Of a stretch of DNA of 64,000 nt, positions 32,201-41,588 are shown piece after piece (positions within the stretch are counted from its first letter, which is position 1; the number at the start of each line of letters is the position of its first letter). The translations under genes were made by a program, and so were the position numbers. Source of the DNA: a virus. The stretch lies in IMG/VR virus record IMGVR_UViG_3300042301_001937, positions 6,575-70,574 of that record; one strand, written 5' to 3'. The notes beneath the pieces were generated by a model that made no database searches, had not been told where the DNA came from, and saw only the letters and a list, made by a program, of their open reading frames with translations.

Positions 32201-33077
32201 TAGCAAATGCTCTAAAGTAAGGATTGTTAGCTAAGTTATGTTTATGTCTAGCATAGAAAGCTTTCTTTCTTTCTGGATCATTAGGATGTTGACCTAAATT
32301 ACTATCACCAAAATATTTCTTAGTGCCATCAGGACCAATAACGACATGGGTTTTACCTTTACGTTCACTTGAACGTTTAACTACATAACCACCACCACCG
32401 TATTCATTTGAAGTTGAATCCATTTCATCATGCATATCATCTAAAATAGGTAATACTCTTCCTATAGGTACATTTTTTGTAGTTTTTAAACTTTTAATTC
32501 CTTGACCAAATTTACCTACCATTGGTAAACTACCTAATATTTCAATAGGTAAATTATTCCAATCTTTATTTTCAATAGTTTTAATTAAATCAGGATAATT
32601 TGTTGTTCCAGTAGGATCTAACCATGAGATTAAATTAGCAGAAATGTTTGAACCTCCATAAGGAGAATTTTTAACACTAGTATATGAATTTAAATTATCA
32701 GAATTAGGCCTAATAACTTCTGTATTTAATTTTATTTTTTTAGAGTTTTTAGGTGGTTTAGTGCTATAATTATTTTTGTCTAAAGATAAATCGTCAGTAA
32801 TATAACCTCCTTCTTCATGTTGAGCTTTAATCTTAGCTTCTTGTTCTAACATTTGTTTAGTAGGTTTCTTTCCAGAACCACGATTAGCACGAATATTATC
32901 CCAAAGACCACGTTGAGAATAACTACCATCTGCTCTTTTAATCATACCACCATTTTTGTATTCATGCAATGCATTGTAATCTTCTGGATGGGCAGCAGCA
33001 AAAGATTCTTCTGTTGGGTATTTTTTATGGAATTGATCCATAGTTAACCCGTGTTTTTTTAATATTTTATTTATCAT
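29241..33077 (-). CDS. Modular cargo polyprotein-like protein with ~14 [FYHW]xxGG motifs
   Basis: Motifs such as YKNGG, HEEGG, WAEGG, YADGG, YKYGG, HAEGG, FAVGG, YPDGG, FAEGG, YDMGG, YPYGG and FAQGG separate distinct modules. Also has a glycine zipper and a GPSHDEGG motif. Confidence 0.75.
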   Translation of the reverse strand: MINKILKKHGLTMDQFHKKYPTEESFAAAHPEDYNALHEYKNGGMIKRADGSYSQRGLWDNIRANRGSGKKPTKQMLEQEAKIKAQHEEGGYITDDLSLDKNNYSTKPPKNSKKIKLNTEVIRPNSDNLNSYTSVKNSPYGGSNISANLISWLDPTGTTNYPDLIKTIENKDWNNLPIEILGSLPMVGKFGQGIKSLKTTKNVPIGRVLPILDDMHDEMDSTSNEYGGGGYVVKRSSERKGKTHVVIGPDGTKKYFGDSNLGQHPNDPERKKAFYARHKHNLANNPYFRAFARKTWAEGGEIDDEFDQYADGGKTGMMKARMALDAHFGNPAAKRMVSANPKTGMTPEGIGTHYMTSMGNYAIPLLQDFGDANLRLVDGMTPSKEDMRFESPEDAEYFAQHYKEIAPMMKNFKEYKYGGIHIKPENKGKFTAWAKSHGMGVQEAASHVMANKGKYSSTIVKRANFAKNAAKFKHAEGGEVEPNNTFGLTGNYSRNPNPKAVESNYKLAADYQRKLGNFNAGLNANLGFNHTLPLNTDGFNGAPMIRPDANVGLNLNYDRNNSNFSGNFNYNPMNQGINAEVSYKKKFAVGGMVQYPDGGSTGLLQSYYDSQGGPGFKGGVFGGGYLKGDVNRLGYNASAGLNLNPVMLGVGYGNMMGKDMPFLEGQITPSLGSFGSRRGPQGNVYGVAAGKYYADPNQMAALEKNLMDPNASAVMGRAGLGVNLKPSYRSKFGFSGEGGYDMVNDQPYFNAGVRYNIGDGGNTNGCGRGPKHKSYGRLDFAEGGLMKYDMGGPTLKDIEAAKVTTPATTTPKTGLTTYQGGMQKTPTGQSNAFSNNQFNLTDKLVTDYAKQHNLPTDNNANFQSAQLKMLQGTPQGQALLDKMNSTFGATKAGKYDDGILGARTQYLIQNDNIANPSKPNGYGQTWTKSIDANGNTVLTGRDGTVKVLPKKADSSAVASTLANDMLTRRVPLATKAMGGTIGRSLKKYGDAGTVTTAGDATNPQTTSNGMFEVVGKGKGWKNPNLASAGIGAGAQIAELALSKVPNNEYTDDEGNVVGSSTNTWAGIGKGAAQGAATGAALGPYGALAGAVIGGAMGYFNSAEEEEAAKKAQVESNNRISLKRIRGKANESAGLTQTMGTQLYPYGGSINTDQEGANAELELNEQFMLPGGEVGQVNGPSHDEGGIEVALPEGTKVFSDRLKLNGKTYAEHAKKINNKIRSLDRKPDSVAKANTEMLFNQQLNNLFNTQEEYKSQRDANFAQQFAQGGTIGSWEIIED

Positions 33078-36000
33078 CTTTTACCTAATAAATTAGTTTG
33101 CATAGGTTCAGGTGTTATAAATACACTATCTCCTACATTTATGTTAGCGTCATTTTTATCTAACCAACCAGTTGGAATGTTAATACAGCCATAAGAAAAT
33201 AACTTTTGTTTAATTTTAGGGTCATTAAGAATAGCCATTCTTCTTGCATATTCTTCATCGTCATTTCCTTTACCCCAAGCATCATGTAAAGCTGTAGCTG
33301 TACCTGCTTCATTAGGTTGACCGTATATATAAGTTTTGTTACCGTAACCTGATTTTGGACTGTTTTTTCTTTCTTCCCAAATAGCATAAGAACCAGCTGG
33401 AGTAGTAGCTTTTAATTTATTACTTTTTGCCGATTTATGTGCATCAGCTGTATTAGGAAAATCACCTTTAGCCATACCTCTACCTGCAACAATTTGATCA
33501 ACTAATTTATGGTTGTTGTCAAATAAATATAACGTACTATTTTCTTTAGAATAAATACTATACTTACCTTTAAAACTTGCCCAAGCTGGATTTTTAGATT
33601 TTTCTTCTAATACTTGTAAAGCATCCGAAGGTAATTTAGAAGTAGATTTAGTAATATTAGTTACAGTACTTTTTTGCAAAGGTTTAACAGGTGTAGATTC
33701 TATTTTAGTTTCTACTTTATGTGCTGACTCTACAATAGGTTTAACTGTTTTAGGTAAAGTTCTTTTATCAACTGCAGATGGTGCCGCAATATGAGTACCA
33801 CTAGTAGTATTTAGTAAAGGTTGTTTTACAGGTTTTGCAGATGGAGCAGTTGGTATTGGAGCAGCAATAGTAGGTTCAACCATTTCTACAGTTGGATCAG
33901 GTAATCTACTTGGTGCCATTTCTGGAGCAACTTCTGTATTATTATCAGTACTATATAAAGGAACTTGGTTAGCCATAAATTGAGGAGGTCTTTGAGATAT
34001 CAAAGGTCTACCTTGTATTCCACCTTCATCAAATTTATTTAAATGAGTTAATAATTCTTCTTCATCATTAATAGATGTAAGATAATCACTAACTTCTTTA
34101 TTAAAGTTACCTAAATTTAAATTTTCATACAACTGCATAACATGATTAGATGTTGCTTTTTCTTTAGGTTTTAAATTTAATTGAGACCTTAAATTAGATA
34201 CAACTCCACCTTTAGCATAAGTATCTAAATTTGGATTGTTTGATATATAGCCTCCAAACGGTTTCATTACACCATATACAGTTTTTGGATCACCATAATA
34301 ACCAACTGCTCTACCTGAATTAACAAAATTTTCCCATGCTCCTTTTGAAGACGATGTTTGAGAATTAAAACCAGGTTTTACTCTACCTAAATTTAATTCT
34401 TTAAGATACTCATTTATAGATTCATAAGCTTTTGTACCTTTTCTTGGAGTTCTATCTGCAAATACAGTTCCTGTAGTATTAGTCATTTCTAAACCAGGTA
34501 TTTGTTGAAAATAACTTTGATTAGCAATATCTTCTACATCACCTTTCCATTGTCCAGGTTTTAATCTAATTCCCCAATTAGAAGTACCTGCATCTAATTT
34601 ATATTCAGGAGATAATTTTTGATATATAGTAGCTTTTAATACATCTTCAGCATGTTGTCTTTCATTAAATCTTGAATTATTTAAACTTATATCTCCAGTA
34701 GTAAATCTCCATTTACCGTCTTCTTGTTTTAATCCTAAATGATTATTAATATAATTATCATAATCATTATGATACATATCCCAATGTTGTTGTTGAGAAG
34801 GAGTTAAATTTCTTTTTAAAGTTTGTTCTGGTGTTTCAAAAATTAAGTAACCATGTTCGTTTGATCCTTTTTGTAATCCTTTTATTTTATATTGTACCCC
34901 TGATTTGTTATTTTTAGCTACTATTTCATTTAGTTTATCTACATTTTGATTAAATAAATCAATATATTCTTCATTAGTTAAATCAGTTAAATTATCTAAT
35001 TTATAAGAATTATTTGGAATGTAATTTACAATATCTCCGTTAGGTTTTAAAACTGTATTTTTAAATTCATTTTCTGACATTTTAGAAACAACATCTTTAT
35101 TTTTAGATAATGTTTTTTCTAATAGTTCTTCTTTAGTTAACCCTGATTTATTAATTAATGCAGGTTTTACTAAAGTTTCTGTTCTTGGAATTAAAACATT
35201 ATTATAACTAGGTTGATTTGCTATACGTGAACTTAAACCATTTAAAAAAGTTTGTATTCTACTAGAATTATCAATATTTCTAGGAATATTTTGAATAGCG
35301 TAATCATTAATATTTCTATTTACAAGTCTATTTCTAGCATAACTATTATCAGCAAGTCTATTTCTTGTATAATCAGAAGCATTTTGAAGGCTATTAAATG
35401 ATGATGGATAATCATCAATATTACCTACCCCATGTAATTTTAATAAATTTGCTTCTTCAAGATTTAATCTATCGTCCGAAGTATGGTAAATATTTCTTGC
35501 ACGTTCTAACGGTAAATGTTCAGGATAAGGTATTTGAACATCATCTGCAAAATCACTAATAAAATCTCTTACATTTTCAGTTCTTTGTCTTTTTAAAAGA
35601 TTTGGATTATACATATTAAGGTTATATATATCTGATCTAACGGGTATTTGAGTTAAAGCATTACCTGCACGTTCATAATTTTGTGGTAACCCTGCTCCAA
35701 ATTCTGTTAAAATTCTTTTTTCAGGACGAGTTAATAATCTATCAGAATTATGATAAATATTTCTAATTTCTTCTAAATTATTTGAAGCTTTATTTTTTAA
35801 TAAATTTGAAGCAGTTTTTTTAAATGCGGCTTTACCTAAAACTTTACCTACAGTTAAAGGTATATTTAATGCTTCTATAGCATCTAGTACTTCAAGACTT
35901 GCGTCTTGTAATCCACCTCTACCAGTAGTTTGACCAGTTTTAGAATTTATTTCATACTGCTCAGGAGACGTAGCAAAATTTCTACCTTGAAGAATATCTT

Positions 36001-36100
36001 TAGGTTTTTGAAAAGTAGGTGTATAATTAGTCCTTGTTGCATCTTGTGGTGCAGTAGTAGAAGGATATTTAGGACCTTTAAATTTCTCTAACCAAGCCAT
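33074..36100 (-). CDS. Modular virion protein with C-terminal L,D-transpeptidase (YkuD-like) domain
   Basis: SKENSTLYLFD...GRG...TPAGSY...ALH...SYGCINI catalytic His/Cys pattern; Pro/Thr linker; KPFGG, YAKGG and FDEGG motifs. Confidence 0.75.
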   Translation of the reverse strand: MAWLEKFKGPKYPSTTAPQDATRTNYTPTFQKPKDILQGRNFATSPEQYEINSKTGQTTGRGGLQDASLEVLDAIEALNIPLTVGKVLGKAAFKKTASNLLKNKASNNLEEIRNIYHNSDRLLTRPEKRILTEFGAGLPQNYERAGNALTQIPVRSDIYNLNMYNPNLLKRQRTENVRDFISDFADDVQIPYPEHLPLERARNIYHTSDDRLNLEEANLLKLHGVGNIDDYPSSFNSLQNASDYTRNRLADNSYARNRLVNRNINDYAIQNIPRNIDNSSRIQTFLNGLSSRIANQPSYNNVLIPRTETLVKPALINKSGLTKEELLEKTLSKNKDVVSKMSENEFKNTVLKPNGDIVNYIPNNSYKLDNLTDLTNEEYIDLFNQNVDKLNEIVAKNNKSGVQYKIKGLQKGSNEHGYLIFETPEQTLKRNLTPSQQQHWDMYHNDYDNYINNHLGLKQEDGKWRFTTGDISLNNSRFNERQHAEDVLKATIYQKLSPEYKLDAGTSNWGIRLKPGQWKGDVEDIANQSYFQQIPGLEMTNTTGTVFADRTPRKGTKAYESINEYLKELNLGRVKPGFNSQTSSSKGAWENFVNSGRAVGYYGDPKTVYGVMKPFGGYISNNPNLDTYAKGGVVSNLRSQLNLKPKEKATSNHVMQLYENLNLGNFNKEVSDYLTSINDEEELLTHLNKFDEGGIQGRPLISQRPPQFMANQVPLYSTDNNTEVAPEMAPSRLPDPTVEMVEPTIAAPIPTAPSAKPVKQPLLNTTSGTHIAAPSAVDKRTLPKTVKPIVESAHKVETKIESTPVKPLQKSTVTNITKSTSKLPSDALQVLEEKSKNPAWASFKGKYSIYSKENSTLYLFDNNHKLVDQIVAGRGMAKGDFPNTADAHKSAKSNKLKATTPAGSYAIWEERKNSPKSGYGNKTYIYGQPNEAGTATALHDAWGKGNDDEEYARRMAILNDPKIKQKLFSYGCINIPTGWLDKNDANINVGDSVFITPEPMQTNLLGKR

Positions 36101-36498
36101 TACTTCAAGTTTTTAAGTTTATATAAAGCAGCATATATTTCTTTTTGAATAGTATCAAGTTCATTTTGAACCCAACTATCTGGAAACATAGTATAGCTAT
36201 CTTCTACAAATTTAGCTAATTCTTCTAAAAAAGTCACTATGGTATTGTATTCACTTTGAGGAACAATGATTTCTACTATACCATATTTACCTTGCCATGA
36301 TTCAATTAATCCGTCAGTTAAATCCAATAATTCGTCATAAAGATCGTTTAAAACCTTATGTTCCCATCCAGATCCTAATTGGCCAGGACTTGTAGGACGT
36401 AAATGACGTGTATGTAAAATATCACGTGCTTGAAATAATTTGCCAAAAAACATGCTTGGGGTACTTTTTGGTGTTGATTTTTTTAATAGAATTGCCAT
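36100..36498 (-). CDS. Ferritin/Dps-like protein (DUF5856-like)
   Basis: HTRH...EHKVLNDLYDELLDLTDGLIESWQGKYG...QNELD...YKLKNLK four-helix di-iron-type pattern. Confidence 0.75.
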   Translation of the reverse strand: MAILLKKSTPKSTPSMFFGKLFQARDILHTRHLRPTSPGQLGSGWEHKVLNDLYDELLDLTDGLIESWQGKYGIVEIIVPQSEYNTIVTFLEELAKFVEDSYTMFPDSWVQNELDTIQKEIYAALYKLKNLK

Positions 36499-39400
36499 TA
36501 TCTTATATTTTTAATTTTAATGCCTGAAATATCTAATAGATTTAATTTAGGTTTTTTAGTTACAATGCTAGCTGCTGTTATAGTAGTATTAGTACCTAAA
36601 CTTGCAGAAGTAAAAGGTAAAGTATTATAAAATTTCATACCGTAACTACTACCTCCTCCATAAATTACAACACCATAAATTACAAAATCTTGTCCTAATA
36701 AATCACAACTAAATTTTAAAACGTCTCCTATATTTATTGTTTCAGCTATATTTAAAACTATATCTGAAGTAGAACTAATGTTATCTTGAGCTACATCATT
36801 TGGTACAATATAAGAAGAAGACATTATAGTTAATGGTGTTTCTTTAGACAAAACATATTTAAATCTAATTCCAAACCAGTAATCTACCAGACGTTTTAAT
36901 TTAGTCCAATGTTTATTAACAACTATATTAGCATCTATAAACGGTCTGTACCAAACATTATTATTGACCACTTTAGTAGAATTGTTTAAAGTATAATCTC
37001 TAAAATCGTTATTAGACCAATAACCTTCTACGTTTCTAGAATTACTTTGATTAACGATATTTGAGATTTTACTTATTTGATAACTATCATAAGCTTGTAA
37101 AGAATCAAATGTTTGTAGCACTTCTTCATTACTTGCAATGTCTAAAGCTTTAGTTTTCCATTGTACAGACATTAATCTGCTAACTTCTTTACCGTTTATA
37201 ATAGGTTCAATAGTTAACGTGCCTCTAGAATCAGTAATGTTTTCTAATGCTTTGCTACCACCGTAACTTAATAAATAAGGATACTCTTTCTTGTTTTGTT
37301 CAAAAGCTACTTTATTGTGTTGAGACCAAAACTTCAATTGATTAGAAAAATAGGTATCTTGAGAATTTTCATACCAGCTTACAAAACCATCATATTCAGG
37401 ATAATAAGCTAAAGTAAATCTATCTTCTGTAAAATATGTAGGGTTGTTAAAATATATTTCACTTCCATAACATAAAGTAGTACCGTCAGTATAAAATTGT
37501 ACGATATCTGTACCTGCACCTGCAGCTTTAGCATATAGTTTTCCTTCAAACATAAACAAAGCTCCTACACCCCAATCATTTTCAAAATTATCAATATCAA
37601 AATAACCATAGAAATTTGTAGTAAATGTCGATGTTACAGTAATATCTTTTTTAGTCAACAAAAACCTTTTGTATAAAGGATCAAATCCAGATATGTAACC
37701 ATAAAATATAGAATCTTGACCATCAAAATAAAAACCATCGTAATTATATATTTTAAGCCAATTGTCTGAATTAGTAGGATTAGCTGTATTGGCATTTACA
37801 AGTGATAAATAAATAGCATTATTATAGACAACAGAAGAACCTTGAATATAAGTAGATCCTGAAACATAATTACTGGTTAAAGTAAAAATCCGATCTCTTA
37901 AATAATTTTCAAAATTTAATTTAATGTTAGTTAAAGAAAATATTTTAACACCATTATTCGAAATAGCTGAAACTTTTTCTCCGTAAAGTATAATACTTGC
38001 TGAATTTACGTCAACATAAAATACCCCGTATTGGTTGGTAATAGAAGAAAACTGATGTTTTAATCCTGCATAACCAGTATCAGTTAAAATAACATCTTTA
38101 GCTGGATAGTCAAATAAATCTCCTGCACCTAAATAAGCTTCAGAAGAATCTGTTTTCATCCTATCTTTAGTAGCTGTTCTTTTTAAAGTATGGCTATGTT
38201 GAATAACTAAAGCGTTACCAAAATTAGTAATGTTATTAATTTCACCTTTAGATTTTTCTACATCCGTATATTCATTAGGTAAGAAAATCCTAAGATTATC
38301 TTGTACAGATTCTGGATTGTCTACTGCAGATCTAGCTATTCTGGTAGGAAAACTGTCTATTTTAGTAGATAAAAATGAATGAATAATAGGAGCACGTAAA
38401 TCGTTAACTGAAGTGTAATCTCTATTATAACCGTAGTAGTTAGCAAAACCGTTAGGTAATAAAGGTACTCTTAAAACTGAAACATAATCAGATTTAGGAT
38501 AGTAAATATCGTAAGTACCTGTTCCTTGATGTTTATAATTAACATTTGAAACTGTTTCTAAATATGCTGAATACAAAGTAATAAACTGCATAGAAGTATA
38601 AATAGTACTAGGTGTAAAATATCCTTGATTATAAGCATATACTAAATCACTAGCAGATCTGTAAGAATCTAATGATTGAAATGTATCTCCACCATAAAAA
38701 TGACTTGATGGATCAAATCCTGTACTAAAAGCAGATGCGTCTAATGTTTCAATGTATCCAGTATCTACTAATTCTTGAGTATAATAACTAGGATACATAT
38801 TTGGTTTTAATGAACAAATATTACCTTTTAAAATAGAAGAATCATAAGGATCTTCTGAAGGAAGTGTAAAATTTAATTGTTGATTACCAGTATAACAATT
38901 TGCTTCTATGTTATTTGCCGTTTCTATACTTACACAAGTTTCTCCAAGATAATGAGTTGTATCATAAGTAAAATCTAATAAACCTGCATTAGGGGGATGA
39001 TGTCCACTACCTGTAGTCCAAGTAGAATCTGGATTATATATAGGTAAGCTTTCAGTTAATTTAGCATTAGTAAATCTTCTAATGTAAGAAGATTTTTTCT
39101 GATCAGCTACTGATTCTTCAAAACAATAAAATCTAGCATCTGCTGCTCTAGGATCATTACCTATATTATTATTCCAAGCTGAAGTTCCTACAGATCCCCA
39201 ATAATCTAATTGTGTAGATACATTTTTAAATGCTTTAAAATGTGTAGCTGAAGATACATCTAAATTAGAAGAAGAAATATCAAAAGGACTCATTCTAAAT
39301 CTATTTAACCGTCTATACATAAATCTACTAACTGAAGGAGAGTAATCAGAATAAAACTCCATTGAATTATTAAACGATAAACTAAATACACCTTCTTCAA

Positions 39401-41588
39401 GTCTATCTTGTCCATCATAAGTTAAATAAAAATCATGTATTATTAATGATTGTCCTAAAACACTCCTATTTAAATTAGTTCTTTTAGCGTAATATATTTT
39501 AATTTTATCTATTTCATTTTCAAGTTCTGCAGGTAAAATTATATTAGAAATCTTTAATCCTAAATTAGCTGTTTGATAAATTTGAGCTGATTGCTGAATG
39601 TTTTCAGGACCAGGCATTTTATGATGTCTAATTTTTTGATTTTTAAAAGAAGCTGTATTACTACCACTTGAATTTTTTACATCCCAATCAGTAGTGTTGT
39701 CATAAGTTTCATCAGCATTTTCCCAAAACCCTAATTTTAAAGGAAGTGATAAAAGATTACCTTCTCCACAATCAAAAGCATGAAATACTTTAGAGTCAGA
39801 ATTAATACTATATATTTCTCCAGCAGGTGAAATATCAGTAGAAGTTAATCCGTTAGTTACGTAATCATCTATAATAGGAGGTACGTAAAAAATACCAGGT
39901 AAATTATAACCTGATGAAATATTCCATAAAGTTATAACTCCTAAATTAGCACCATTTACATATTTAACTGCTTCTACAGTATGAGTGTATGTAAAAAGTG
40001 GGGCTGTACCTGTTATATCAGTACTTAACACTTTTACGTAATAATACGATTCTGTACCTGCTAGATCATATTGTTTTAATAAAGCAATATCATTAGTAGC
40101 TAAACCACTACCATTAGCTGCATTTACGTTATAAATTAATTGCAACGTAGTAGTATTAAAGGTGCCCCCTTCATTAGAAATATCAGTTAAACTACTAGAA
40201 AATCCTTCATCTTCATTTAATCTGTAAGTAGCTTGAATTGTATCAAGTCTTTCATCTTCATCAAACCTAAGTCTTATTCCAGCTGAATCACGTGCTATTA
40301 CTCCACCTGTAATATCAGGTGCAGAAGCAGTTCCATCATAACTAACTCTTTCAGCTTGACGGCCTGGAATATGAAATGCTTCACTTTCCGTACCATCTTT
40401 ATAAACTAATGTAGCATAAAGAGCATATACCTCATCATATTGAAAACAACGTTTAGTAAAGATTGCAGTTTCTGAGTGAAATGAAGTATTAAAAACACTT
40501 CTATCTTGAATTTCAATATAAGGTTCTACTTGAATATTGTTAATCCAAGGTTGAAGATTAGTTTTTAATTGTTCTTTTAAATTACCAATATATAATCTAT
40601 TGTCTAATTGAGTAATAGTTTTAGCTACCCAAGTAATTTTATTAATTAAAATATCTGTACTTGTTGTAGCTGCATTATCTAAAGATATAATTTCTCTAGT
40701 AAAAGTTCCAGTTGTATTAGGAAAATACCCTAAATCATAAGCAGCTAAAACTTGATTAATTTTAGTTATAACGTATAATTTTACATTAGGAAAATTAATG
40801 TCTGAACTAAAACTAATAGTAAAACTTTTACCTGTTAAGGTATTTGGTGGGCATCCATCATAGTTTTCAAGAGGAAATGGAGTTAACTCATTAACTATAG
40901 AAATAGGGTTAGATGGAAATGAAAGGTTAGTTTCATTAAAATTCTCATCTGCATAAGATGCTAATACGTAGTAAACTCCTGATTTTAAGTTACCTCCATT
41001 TTGAACTGAATCTAAATTAATCTTAAATTGTTCAAAAGGTTTTAAAACGTATAATTTATTAAACTCATCAATGTCTGTACATTGAAAGTTAAGATCTACA
41101 ACAGGTTCTGGAATATCAACATTTATATATCTTAATGGGTTTCTAAAATCTACCCAATAAACGGAAAATGTATTATCCGAGTTAATTTTATAACTACCTT
41201 GTATTTGTGTATTAAGATTCCAATTAAAATCAGTAACTCCTACTTTGTCTCTAATTAATACTCTGTAAGAATTGTCTGATGATATTACTCCAATTTCTCC
41301 TCTACAAAATCTACCTACAAGTTGTGTAGTTGGATCATTAGGGTCATAAAATTTAGATTCCCCTTCAATTACAGAAAATAATACCACAGAACCATTGCTA
41401 AGTGGAATTTTACCAATGCATGTAGCACCTGGAGTTATTAACGTAGGATAATTAAAAAGTGGATAATTACCGTCTTCATTAGTAATACTTCCAACTTCTG
41501 AATTAATGTTTACATTAATATTCAACCTTGATGTTTTATCAGGTTGATTTTGTGGATCACCATCTGTATTTAATAAAAAAGGCTGCAT
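36498..41588 (-). CDS. Tail stabilisation/muzzle protein
   Basis: 1696 aa, beta-rich; VYWVDFRNPLRYINV, GGNLKSGVY, NRLYIGN and FHIPGR motifs of crAss-like tail stabilisation proteins; positioned after the tail ring gene. Confidence 0.8.
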   Translation of the reverse strand: MQPFLLNTDGDPQNQPDKTSRLNINVNINSEVGSITNEDGNYPLFNYPTLITPGATCIGKIPLSNGSVVLFSVIEGESKFYDPNDPTTQLVGRFCRGEIGVISSDNSYRVLIRDKVGVTDFNWNLNTQIQGSYKINSDNTFSVYWVDFRNPLRYINVDIPEPVVDLNFQCTDIDEFNKLYVLKPFEQFKINLDSVQNGGNLKSGVYYVLASYADENFNETNLSFPSNPISIVNELTPFPLENYDGCPPNTLTGKSFTISFSSDINFPNVKLYVITKINQVLAAYDLGYFPNTTGTFTREIISLDNAATTSTDILINKITWVAKTITQLDNRLYIGNLKEQLKTNLQPWINNIQVEPYIEIQDRSVFNTSFHSETAIFTKRCFQYDEVYALYATLVYKDGTESEAFHIPGRQAERVSYDGTASAPDITGGVIARDSAGIRLRFDEDERLDTIQATYRLNEDEGFSSSLTDISNEGGTFNTTTLQLIYNVNAANGSGLATNDIALLKQYDLAGTESYYYVKVLSTDITGTAPLFTYTHTVEAVKYVNGANLGVITLWNISSGYNLPGIFYVPPIIDDYVTNGLTSTDISPAGEIYSINSDSKVFHAFDCGEGNLLSLPLKLGFWENADETYDNTTDWDVKNSSGSNTASFKNQKIRHHKMPGPENIQQSAQIYQTANLGLKISNIILPAELENEIDKIKIYYAKRTNLNRSVLGQSLIIHDFYLTYDGQDRLEEGVFSLSFNNSMEFYSDYSPSVSRFMYRRLNRFRMSPFDISSSNLDVSSATHFKAFKNVSTQLDYWGSVGTSAWNNNIGNDPRAADARFYCFEESVADQKKSSYIRRFTNAKLTESLPIYNPDSTWTTGSGHHPPNAGLLDFTYDTTHYLGETCVSIETANNIEANCYTGNQQLNFTLPSEDPYDSSILKGNICSLKPNMYPSYYTQELVDTGYIETLDASAFSTGFDPSSHFYGGDTFQSLDSYRSASDLVYAYNQGYFTPSTIYTSMQFITLYSAYLETVSNVNYKHQGTGTYDIYYPKSDYVSVLRVPLLPNGFANYYGYNRDYTSVNDLRAPIIHSFLSTKIDSFPTRIARSAVDNPESVQDNLRIFLPNEYTDVEKSKGEINNITNFGNALVIQHSHTLKRTATKDRMKTDSSEAYLGAGDLFDYPAKDVILTDTGYAGLKHQFSSITNQYGVFYVDVNSASIILYGEKVSAISNNGVKIFSLTNIKLNFENYLRDRIFTLTSNYVSGSTYIQGSSVVYNNAIYLSLVNANTANPTNSDNWLKIYNYDGFYFDGQDSIFYGYISGFDPLYKRFLLTKKDITVTSTFTTNFYGYFDIDNFENDWGVGALFMFEGKLYAKAAGAGTDIVQFYTDGTTLCYGSEIYFNNPTYFTEDRFTLAYYPEYDGFVSWYENSQDTYFSNQLKFWSQHNKVAFEQNKKEYPYLLSYGGSKALENITDSRGTLTIEPIINGKEVSRLMSVQWKTKALDIASNEEVLQTFDSLQAYDSYQISKISNIVNQSNSRNVEGYWSNNDFRDYTLNNSTKVVNNNVWYRPFIDANIVVNKHWTKLKRLVDYWFGIRFKYVLSKETPLTIMSSSYIVPNDVAQDNISSTSDIVLNIAETINIGDVLKFSCDLLGQDFVIYGVVIYGGGSSYGMKFYNTLPFTSASLGTNTTITAASIVTKKPKLNLLDISGIKIKNIR

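Noticed and set aside
12643-33387. Short nested ORFs (12643, 13266, 16601, 22302, 31656, 32853, 33160)
   Set aside because: They are antisense or off-frame within giant genes, with the composition expected of shadow frames.
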